Shown here: positions 12,201-24,200 of the stretch, piece after piece
How the letters are laid out: each line of letters begins with the position of its first letter
Position numbering within the stretch: the stretch's first letter is position 1
Origin: Chiloscyllium plagiosum
Taxonomy: Eukaryota
Length of the DNA: 64,000 nt
NCBI RefSeq assembly: GCF_004010195.1
Contig: NC_057731.1
Location: 43,678,623-43,742,622, forward strand
Direction of reading: 5' to 3'
Position numbers and translations under genes: made by a program
The notes under the pieces: model-generated
Database searches by the model: none
Told to the model about the DNA's origin: nothing
What the model saw: only the letters and a program-made list of their open reading frames with translations

Positions 12201-15200
12201 TAGATTGGGTTGGAATATCTGGTCGGTGTGGACGAGTTGGACCGAAGGGTCTGTTTCCATGCTGTACATCGCTATGACTCTGTGACTCTGTTTATCTTTA
12301 TTGATACTGTAATATTGGAGGTACGGTAAAAGGCAACTTATTGAGTGGGAATATGGGTGACCAAGGTCAAATGATGAAACCTCCAGGACTACATTCAGTG
12401 AGAGTTGGTGACCCTCACTGGGAGGAGGGAACTGGGGAGGGGGGGGGAGCAGTTGTAGTTTTTTGTGGAGAGTAAGCACCAATATGGTAGTGAATGGCCT
12501 TTGTCTTTATTGTACATATGTGTTTTTAAGCAGTCCCCTCAGGGTGGGTTCCTGCAGATTGATGAGATCAGCAAATTCATGTCAGATTCTGTTTTCTGCT
12601 CTCTAAGATGATTCTGCATGTGGATGATGTAAACTGTATCTGCGTTGACTGGCGAGGGGGTTCACAATGTTCCTACAGCCAGGCTGCTCAAAACATCCGA
12701 GTTGTGGGTGCGGAAACTGCATACTTCCTGGACACTCTGGAGGTGAGTGATCAACCGCAACCCTACAGACCAGTGCAGACAGCCCATTGAGGAATAATAC
12801 CTCATAGAGTAATCACCGTATAGAACAGATGGTAGCCACTCTATAGAATAGGCTTACAATGTAACAGAAGCAGTGACTCTATAGAGATGTGTATAAAATA
12901 TTGGTGGTAATTTCCTTTAATCACAGGATGTGGGTGTTAGTGGCAAGTGTAACATTTGTTGCCCATCCCTAATTGCCCCTGAACTGAGTGGCTTACCAGT
13001 CCATTTCAGAGGGCAGGTAGTATTCCACCATATTGCTATGGGTCCAGAGTCACAAGACTAGGTAATTATGGCTGATTTCCTTCTCTAAAGGATTTTAGTG
13101 AAGGAGGTTTACTTGGCTTATATATCAACTTATTCACTGCATTTAAATTCCACCAGCTACCCTGCTGGGAGATAAACCCATTCCCCACAGCATGAGCTCC
13201 TGGATTACTAATCCAGTGGCATTACCACTGTGTCATTACCTGAAGTCAGGTATTCTGGGGCCAGACAGGAAGTGGTTAGGTGAGGAGGTGAAGGGGCAGA
13301 TACAATGTGACCCCTGTCCGACGTTATCCCTGGACTGGATTTCATTCCTGTTCTCCGAATATTGAAAAATTCTACTGGGATTTAGTAAGAGAGTTCAAGC
13401 AGGGATTTGATAAGATACTCAAATTTACTTCAAATGTCTGTGGACTTAACTTTCTGCCTCTTCCTTATCTGCCTCAGAGTCACTATAATTACACCATGTC
13501 TGATGTGTACCTGGTTGGACACAGTCTAGGGGCCCACGCAGCCGGGGAGGTGGGGAAACGGACACCAGGCATTCCTCGGATTACTGGTAATTCATTCCAT
13601 TCTCAAACTAATATGAACCGCTGTCTAAATGAAAGTCAGAAAGAATGGGAATCCCATGGACTGTGTGTCGAAGAGAAGCACATTTGCATTTTACATAATA
13701 GAAATGTGTTTATTTGTTGGGCTATTATTCAATATACATTTGTTTTTTTTTCTCATTTGTTTAAGGGATGTGGGTGTCAATGGCTGAGCAACCATTTATG
13801 CCCTTGTGAAGGTGGTGCTGAGCTGTCTTCTTAAATCTTTGTTGTGGGCACATCCTCAATGCTATAAAGGAGAGAGTTCAGGGATTTTGACCCAGGGCCA
13901 CTGCAGGAATGGCAATATATTTCCAAGTCAGGATGGTGGGGGGCTCGGAGAGGAACTTCTGAGTGAAATGAGATGGAATTGATTAATTAGAATGCTGGTT
14001 GATGGGGTGAATGGGAAGAGGCCAAGTTAGCAACCTGGAATTAACCCTGCTGTTTGTGAAGGTTATGAATAATCTAACAAATATGTTGAAAAACACTTCA
14101 AACAATCCCAGATTTATCCCACAGGGCTTGATCCTGTCGAGCCGTATTTCCAGAACACGCCACCGGAAGTCCGACTGGATCCCACGGATGCGTTCTTTGT
14201 TGATGTGATTCACACGGATGGTTCATCCCAATTTCCCAGTATTGGTAAGTGTCACCACTCAAATATTCAATCAGAGAAACCCGGACAGGGGATTGGGTAG
14301 GACGGGCTGTTAGGATTAGCCCAGGAGCAGGGCAAGGTATTCGGACTAGTTTAAGGATCCTGAGACAAAACAAAAGGTTAGCTGTAGAAAATGCTACTGT
14401 AATTCTTTGGCGAATAACAACTCCTCTCCCATTAAGGCCTGCCCACCATCTACAAGGCAGAGTGTAATGGGATACTAGGAGAAAGTGAGGACTGCAGATG
14501 CTGGAGTTCAAAGTCGAGAGTGTGTTGCTGGAAAAGCACAGCAGGTCAGGTATTTTATGAGGAGCAGGAGAATCGACGTTTCGGGCATAAGCCCTTCCTC
14601 AGGAATCTGATGGGATACTCGCCACTTGCTGGAATGGGTGCAGCTTCAACAACACTCAAGAAACTTGACACCATCCAGGACAAGGGAGTCTACTTGATTG
14701 GCTCCCCATCCACCATATTCAACATTCACTTCCTTCAGCACTGACACATAAAGACAGCAGTGTGTACCATGCACAAGATGGAGTGCAACAACTCATCTTG
14801 GCCTCTTTACTAGTGTGAGAACATAGAACATTACAGCACAGTACAGGCCTTTCAGCCCTCGATATTGTGCCAGCCTTTTATCCTGCTCTAAGATCAGACT
14901 AACGCACATTCTGCAGCACAAATCTGAGTGCAATGGCTGGAATGTTGTTATGGCTGTTATGGACTAGGCCAGACCATTCAAAACATTCTTAAGCAGACAG
15001 CCCCAGACCATAACTTTGCAATTTATTTCGATAAGTGTACAGTGAACATTACCCAGAATAAGTTATATAGGTTGACTACTAGATTTTAAGATTTATTCAC
15101 AAAATTACACAATAAAACGCAAAGCACAGAAAAAAGAACCCGTACAGAACTCAGTCTATCGAAACAAGCCTTAATAGTGCTGTTCTGAATATACACAATA

Positions 15201-18200
15201 GTCCTAATAAATCAACTCCCTTTAAAACCCAATAGAACACATGCTTACAGGTTGAAGTTGAAAGGCAGAAAGAGAAAGAGTTTCCACACAGCTCCCTGTT
15301 GAATTTCTTACCAGTTCAAGACTGAACTAAACTGTTCAGCCAGAGAGCTGACCACTCCCCTTTCTTTATAGAGGTCATTTCTAAAACATGACCAGTTTGG
15401 CCTGAAGTCTCATCTGTTTACACATAAACAAAAGGCTTTGCAAAATTCTATTCATCTCTGTACCAAACCAGACCATTCAAAGCCTGGCCTGGTTTATTAC
15501 CCCTCTGAAAGAAAATCAAGGACAGAGTATCCAGGGAACAGCTTTTAGAAAAAATAAGGGACTAGCTTTGTGACAAGGCCTATAGCCTTTGCAATATCCA
15601 GCACCTCCAACCAGTTCATGTGCAGTAAATCTGATTAGTTGGAGACCATGGGCCTGGGGACCTCAGGAGGAAGTTGTGATAGATCATGCACTTGGTACTT
15701 CTGGCTAAAGTTGCAACAGCTCAGGCTTGTCGTTCACATGGATGCACTGGCTTCCCCATCATTGAGGATGAGGATATTAATGGATCCTTCTCTTTCAATA
15801 TAAATTATCCACCACCATGTATGACTGGATTTGGCAGGATTGTGGAGTTTTCATCTGATCAGATGGTTCTGAAATTTGCCTGGAGTTTGCTGTTTCTGCT
15901 GTTTAACATGCTGTTGACACTATTTTGTAGCTTCATTAGTGATTGTATGAGTGAGTGGAATCCTCTCTCTGTGGATCACTCTGAACAACTGTCTCCTGCT
16001 ACAGGATTCGGGATGTTTCAGGCTTGTGGACACATGGACTTCTACCCAAATGGTGGTGAGGACATGCCAGGCTGCAGCAAGAACATCCTTTCAACAATCC
16101 TGGACATTGATGGGTTATGGCAGGGTAAGTTCCAGGTGGTGGCATTGTTCCTCAGGCAGACTCTGCTGCTGGGAACACCAAGCAGAGCCAGGGTACGAGG
16201 GAAAGGGTGTTCAATCTTAAGCAGCCCTCCGGGTTCTCTGCTGACATCAAAGCACGTACCTTTGTCATAGAGTCATAAAGTCATAGAATCATATAGCACA
16301 GAAACAGACCCTTTGATCTAACATGTCCATGCTGACCAAATATTTTTACTTAATCTAGTCCCATTTTCCAGCACTTGGCCAAAATCTCTCTAATCACTTC
16401 CTATTCATAGACCCATCCAGTTGCCTCTTAAATGTTGTAATTGTACCAGTCTCTACCACTTCCTCTGGCAGCTCATTCCATACATGTACCACCCTCTATG
16501 TGAAAACATTGTCCCGTAGGTTCCTTTTAAACCTTTCCCCTCTCACCTTAGACCTATGCCCTCTAGTTTTGGACTCCCCCAACCTGAGAAAAAGACCTTG
16601 GCTATTTACCCTAGCCATGCCCCCTCATGGTTTTATAAACCTCTATAAGGTCACCCCTCAGCCTCTGACACTCCAGGGAAAGAAGCCCCAGTCTATTCAG
16701 CCTCTCCCTATAACTCAAACCCTTCAATCCTGGCAATATCCTTGTAAATTTTTTCTCAACCCTTTCCAGTTTAACAGCATCTTTCCCATAGCAGGGAGAC
16801 CTGAGTTGCATGCAGTATTCCAAAAGTGGAGAAAGTGAGGTCTGCAGATGCTGGAGATCAGAGCTGGAAATGTGTTGCTGGAAAAGCGCAGCAGGTCAGG
16901 CAGCATCCAGGGAACAGGAGAATCGACGTTTCGGGCATAAGCCCTTATTCCAAAAGTGGCCTAATCACTGGGGTATTGTCTGTAAGATTTCCCTGCAGGA
17001 GCTGAGACAGTCACAGAAACATCAATACATCATAGCACAGGCCATTCAGCCCATTGTATCCATGCTGGAGTACAAAATTGATTGTTTAAGATGCTGGTGT
17101 CATGATGAGGGAATGTTGGGTCTCATCCTTTTCTATCTAGATTGATACTGGGCTTGTTTGGACAGTCCTTGTTCAAAATCAGGAGGTTTGTGTTTATGTT
17201 CCACTTGTGGACAGTCCTGATACATGGAGACTGGAGTACTGAGTAAATATCTTATTGGATTCCTGACACCACAACCCATCCCACCCCCATTCCCCCCTCA
17301 CACACCCTACCCCCCCATATTTTCACTTGAGTAAACCATCTCCCTCCCTGGTGTGTAAGACAAAAACCTCTTGGCCAGGAGACAGACAGTTCTGGTTAAT
17401 GATGGAGAATTCATGGTGCAACCCGTCAGATTGTTCATCCCACCAGCACCTCATCCTGCTTTCTAAAAGTGCAGGAAGATACAACCATAACAGCATTCTT
17501 TAAACCTCTTCATTTGTATAGCAACCGGTGTCATGGAGGTTATTTTGGTTCACTGGTAATCCAGGGAACCAGACTAGTAATCCAGCCAAAAGTTCAAATT
17601 TCAAAAGAGCACCTGGACAAATTTAAGTTAAGATTAATTTGGAATAAAACAATAATCTTAAGAATTCACGATGCTCTTCAGGGAAGGTAATCTGCCATCC
17701 TTCCCCAGTCTGGCCTACATACGACTCCAGACTGACAACAATATGGCTGACTCTTAATTGCCCTCTGAAGTGGTTGAGTGAGACAGTTAGGATAGTCAAT
17801 AAATACAGCAACATCCATACCCTGTGAATAACATTTAAAAACAAAGTTAAAAATTGCACAACACCAGGTTATGGTCCAGCAGGCTAGCTACCTGGTGAAG
17901 TAGCAGCGCGACGAAAGCTTGTACTATGAGATAAACCTGTTGGACTATAACCTGATGTTGTGTGATTTCTAACTTTGTCCACCCCAGTCCAACACCAGCA
18001 CCTCCACATCAGTTTAAAATAAGTTTGATCTGCCTCTTAAGCAGGAAATATCACTACATGTGCAGCCATTTCCCCTGAGGTCATAGACCCAGCACCTCGT
18101 GACAGAATGTTCCAGAAGATGACAATTTCCTCATTGAGGTTTACTGTCACTCTTGAACTGTGAAAACATTCATACCCACACATTGAAAAGACAAAGACAG

Positions 18201-21200
18201 TGCTGGTCCTGTGTCACATCTGTATTCCTGGGTCTCCTTGTTCAACAGATCCAGAACCAGCCTCCAGGTGCATCAAAGTTGCACAGAATTCATTATGCAT
18301 TATTAATTATGATTATTAATTAATTTTCAGGTACAAAGAACTTCATTTCCTGCAACCACTTCCGTGCAGTTCGATATTTTTCGGAGAGTGTTGTGTCACC
18401 TGATGGTTTTTTGGCCTTTCCCTGTGGCAGTGAGAAAGAGTTTCAGGCAGTAAGTATGAGAGAGGGAGTACGGCTCACTCATCTATACTCCTAGCAGCAT
18501 TTACCAATCAAACTAAATAGCAGGGAACTATAGAGAACCCTTCAACATCAAACTTCAAACAAGCACAACAGGGCTTACGTACAGAGGGAAGATCAATAAG
18601 ATCAGCTGTGAGCAGCTACTCATAGACAACACAGAGAACGCCAAACTAAACAACTCATTACAAATGAGTCCTGATAAAAGAAAAAGCCTCTGAATGATCA
18701 GAAACAGGAAGCTTTACTCAGTATCTACCTCTGGCAGATTGTTATCTGACTGGCAATACACTGGGGAAACTGGGTGCTCTGCAAATGAACTTGGATATTG
18801 GATATCTTTGTGCACAGTAGGCATGCAGGTGCAGTAGGTAGTGAAGAAGGTAAATGATACATTGGCCTTCATAGTGAGAGGATTCGGTATAGGAGGAGGG
18901 ATGTCTTGCTGCAATTATACAGGGTCTTAGTGAGACCACACTTGGAGTATTCTGTGCAACTTTGATCTCCTTATCTGAGGAAGGGTGTTCTGGCTATGGA
19001 GGAGTGCAACAAAGATATACCAGACTAATTCCTGGAATGGCATGTCTAATGAAGAGCTTATGCTCGAAATGTCAACTCTCCTGCTCCTCAGATGCTGCCT
19101 AACCGGCTGTGCTTTTCCAGTGCCACACATTTCGACTCTGATCTCCAGTCCTCGCTTTCTCTATAACAGAACTGAGGTATGAATGGACACTGCAGAGATC
19201 ACTTAGGACTATATTAGGAGCATGAATGAGTCTCTCATAGAAACCTGTGAAATTCTAACAGAAGTAGACAGTATTAACACAGGAAGGGTGTTCTTGATGA
19301 TGAGGGAGGCCAAAACTAGGGGTCACAGTTTAAGGATAGGGGGGGTAGGCCACTTAGAATTTAGATGAAGAGGCATTTATTAACCAAGAGAGTGGTGAGC
19401 CTGCCGCATTCTCTGCCACAGAAAGCAGCTGAGGTCAAAATATTGAATGTTTTCAAGAAGGAGTTAGATACATTTCCTAGGGCTAAGGGGATCAAAGGGT
19501 ATGGGGAGAATGCGGGAACAGTCGAATGATCCGCATGATCATATTGAATGGAAAAGCAGGTTTGAAGGGCTGACTGACCTGCTGCTATTCCTACATTCTA
19601 TTTTCCTATGTGCTGTATCTGTCCAGGGTGCATTTGATGGGGACAGTGTATTTTGTTTCTTTCCATTTAAAAAAGTAGAGTGAGCTTTACTTTGTATCTA
19701 ACCCCATGCTTTCCCTGTCCTGGGAGTGTTTGATGGGGATAGTGTGGAGGCAGCTTTACTCTCCATATACAAGAGTAGAGAAAGCTTTACTCTGTTTCTA
19801 AACATGTGTTGTCCCTATTCTGGGAGTGTTTGATGGGGACAGATTAGAGAGAGCTTTATTCTGTATCTAAATCTGTGCTGTACCTGTCCTGGAGTGTTTG
19901 ATAGCTACAATGTCGAGAGAGCATTACTTTCAGTTTCAAAGAGTTAAGGGAGCTTTAATTTTAGTTTCAAAGAGTCGAGAGACCTTTACTTCAGTTTTAA
20001 AGAGGAGGAAGAGCTTTCAGTTTTAAAAAGTTAGAGAGAGCATTACTTCCAGTTTTAAAAAGTCGAGGAAGCTTTAACCTGTATGTAATCTTGTGCTATA
20101 CCTGTTCTGGGAGTGTTTAATGTGGACAGTGTCAAGGAACTTTAATTTCAGTTTAAGAGAGTAGAGGGAGCTTTCCTCTGTATCTAACCCTACGCTTTGC
20201 TTGCTCTAGGAGTGTTTGGTGGGGACAGTGGTTGCTGCACACTGTTTCCAAGGGAGCTTGAATCATCTGCTGAGGGATCGAATTTGAGGCATTGGGCATT
20301 TTTGCAGTACGTGTGTCAGTCTGTTGAGCTGGATCTTTGCTAACAGTTTGCACAGAGTTCACCGAGAATTTGTGAGAAAAGGAGATGACTGAGTGCTCAA
20401 ATGTAACCTCTCAATCTGTAAAGCAAGAGGAAAAGATGTGGAAAGATTCCTTTCTGCATTGACCAACTATGCCAATTGTTCCACTTTGATCAGTTCAGCT
20501 TTTAGGCTGTATTCCCAGCAATGAGCCCAACTGAAAGGTTCTTTGCTGCCATTGGGTGGTGCCAGTGAGCTATCTGCTACTTCCCGAGCCCTGGTCTAAA
20601 ACACTAAAACTGTTTCTCACTTGCCCTCCAGCGACTCTTCAGCTGTGCTCCATTCTGCTTTGGAAATGTACTCTCTGGATGGGTGGACTGGGAGAATGGT
20701 CTCTTTTGACATCATACAGGGGGATTCACAAAACCAATCCTGCAAAATGGATTATCTCAAATTATTTACTTGAGAACTCCACTTTCCCCCACCCATGGGC
20801 GTCTAGATCCAGGGCTTTCCTGAGACTCTCTGATGGATTGTCAGGCAGTTTGCTGTTGAACGCTGGGCAGTGTGGAGTCTGACAGAATCCCCCGAATACA
20901 GATGCAAGGTCTGCAGACTGATTGGCCATTATCAGGGCCTTTGTCACTAGTATTTGGGCCTTTGTCACTAGTATTTGGGATCGTTCTCTGCACTGGTTCC
21001 TGCACTGTTGGGAGTAAAGCTGATCTCTGATGTAGGTGGCGATGTGAACCTGAAGATTTTCTGTGTGTGTGTTCCAGGAGGAATGCTTTGCATGCCCAGC
21101 TGAAGGCTGTCCAACTATGGGCTACACGATCGGGCCATATCGCCCAGCACCTGGGCTTCTACACCAGACCTTCTACCTTCGAACAGGAGAATCCAGCCCC

Positions 21201-24200
21201 TATGGAGGTGAGCATCAGGAGCAGTTTGTTAACCCTCTGCAGTTTGTCCTCACTAGCCTCAGAGTTTCCCAGCAACAAATAACCTCCCCACATCCCGATC
21301 CTATCCCTCTCCTATAAAACTAAAAGAACACCCTTGGCACTTAACACTCATACTACCCCTTCCCTCACTCCCTTAGCCCTCACACTCACCCGACCCTCAC
21401 TCCCCCAGCCCTCACACTACCTGGCCCTCACTCCCTCAACCCTCATATGACCATGATCCTCACTCCCTCAGCCCTTACACTACCTCAACCCTCACTACTA
21501 CCCCGACCCTCACTCCCTCAGCCCCGCACTACCCCGACTGTCACTCCTTCAGCCCTCAGACTCACCCAACCCTCACACTACTCTGACTCTCAGTCCCTCA
21601 GCCCTCACACTACCTAACCTTCACTCGCTCAGCCGGCACACGACCCTCAATCCATCAGCCCTCGTACTCACCTGACCCTCACTGCCTCAGTTATCATACT
21701 CACTTCATCAGCATTCACACTCACTCTGTCAATCCTTTCTTCTTCAACCCTCTCGCATTCTAGATTAGATTAGATTAGAATTCCTACAGTGTTGGAACAG
21801 GCCCTTTGGCCCAATCAGTCCACACCAACCCTCCCAGACCCATTTCCCTCTGCAAATGCACCTAACACTATGGGCAATTTAGCATGGCCAATTCACCTGA
21901 CCTGCACATCTTTGGAGTGTGGGTGGAAACCGGAGCACCTGGAGGAAACCCACGCAGACACAGGGAGAATGTGCAAACTCCACACAGACAGTCACCAAGG
22001 CTAGAATCGAATCTGAGACCCTGGTGCTATGAGGCAGCAATACTAACCACTGAGTCACCATGCCACCCCTACACTGCCCCCACACTCACTCTGTCAACCA
22101 TCAGTCAGACTCCCTTAACCTGCAATCTCTCTAACCTCACACCCACTGCCTGAAACCTCACCTCACTCCTTCAAACTCCACCCTCGTTTCATCAAACCTC
22201 ACTTCGCTCGTTCAACCTTCACTCCATCCAATCACATGCTCCCTAAACATCATGCTCCCACCAATCTCTTCCTCACTCACTTGACACTCATTCAAACCTC
22301 TCAGTAGATCTGATAGATCACATACAGACCCAGGCCTCAATATCTAAATCCTACCACAACTATCCAACATTACAGTCACACTGGGTTGTATAATTCTTTA
22401 ACCCCTTTCTGTGTTCTCATCACTCTCTCAGTTTGGCGTTACAATGTGTCTGTGACACTGTCTGGTTCCCACTCTGTTTCTGGGATTTTGAATGTTGCTT
22501 TGTATGGATCCAAAGGGAACACTCGACAGCATCAAATCACCAAGTAAGTGCCACTATTTCCAACATGTCTATTGGATTGTCATTGACCTGGATTTTAAGA
22601 GGGAGGGTCTCACACTCAATTGGTGGCTGATAGACCCTGTTCTGTGGTCTTGGGGGAAATGATCTCCCCCAACCCCAGATAATCTGATTGGCAGCTCCAG
22701 CAAGACCAGTAGCACCAGAACTAGGTGGTGGGCACTACCAAAGTGGTCAGTCACAAGCTAAATGGTTGGGCAGATAAGGGGTGACAGGGGTTATGGGGAA
22801 ACTGGTTTTGAGGAACAGGTTGGAAAGATTGAAGGGAGGCATCTTGGCCTCATAGCGTTTTACATCATAGAAAGGACCCTTGGGCCCATCATGTCCACAC
22901 CAATCAAAAAACATGCATCTATTCTCATCCCATTTTCCAGCACTTGGCCCAAAAGCCATATATGTATGATGTTTCATCTGCTCATCTAAATCCTCCTTAA
23001 ATATTTGCAGGTTCCGGCCTGTTTGTAGTCTGTGAGTTCCATGATATATTTGCACAAATCCACTTGAAACCTCCTGCTGCTTTCCTTAAAACCATGTCCC
23101 CGGTTAATGATCCCTCTACTGAAGGGAAAAGTTTATCCCTATCTACCTGTGCTCCTCAGAATCTTGTTCAGCTCAATCAGATTCCCCTCCACCTACTCTG
23201 CTTAAGGAAAACAACCCCAGCCTATCAAGTCTCTCTGCGTAGCTGAATTATTCCAGCCCAGGCAACTTCCTGGTGAATCTCCTCTGCACTTTCTCTCGTG
23301 CAATCCTTTAGTATGGTAACCAGAATTGCACACAGTACTCCAGCTGTGGTCTCACTAATGTTATATAAAGCTCTGTCATAAAATCCTTGCTTTTGTATTC
23401 AATGTTCGAGCTAATGAAGACAAATATCACACAGGCTGCCTTAACCACTTTATCTGCTGATCCTGCAGCCTTCAAGGGTCCATGGACATGCACACCAAGG
23501 TTCCACTGATCCTCCGTACTTTATGGGTCCCACCATTCAACGTGTACTCTCCCGCCTTGTTTGTGCTCCCAAAGAGAACCTCCTCACACTTTTCAGGATT
23601 AAACTCCATTCATCACTGTTCAGCCGTTTGACAAGCCCCATCGATGTTACCCTGTAGTCTGAGATTAGATTCCCTACAGTATGGAAACAGCCCATCCGGC
23701 CCAACAAGTCCACAGTGACTCTCCAAAGAACAACCCACCCAGACCCACTCCCCATCCTATATTTACTCCTGACTAATGCACCTAACTATGGGCAATTGAG
23801 CATGACCAATTCACCTGGCCTGCAAATCTTTGGACTGTAGGAAGAAATGGGAATCGAATCCATGTCCCTGGCACTGTGAGGCAGAAATGCTAACCACTGA
23901 GCCACTGAGCCACCCCGTGGTATTCCTCCTCACTATTTACCACACCATCAATTTTTGTGTCAGCTGCAAACTCACTGATCATACCCCCTTGGGGGAGTTG
24001 TCCTCAGTAAGTTCAAGCTTCCCTCTTGAAAGGGTATGACTTCCCCCTTCCTGCCTTTTATCAAGTTAGGGTTTTAAAAAAAATCGATCTTCCCATTCCT
24101 GCCTGGCTAGACCACTCTTATCATGGCAAAGGCAGCATAACAAGGTGGCTCAGTGGTTAGTACTGCTGCCTCATGACATCAGGGGCCTGGGTTCAATCCC

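Noticed and set aside
15686-16004. Upstream part of the 194-aa ORF as a lipase exon extension
   Set aside because: Intronic read-through; lipase homology begins at the AG acceptor at 16004.
20935-20980. 21-bp tandem duplication (similar short repeats near 941/997 and 63273-63302)
   Set aside because: Ordinary slippage-scale events with no functional context.
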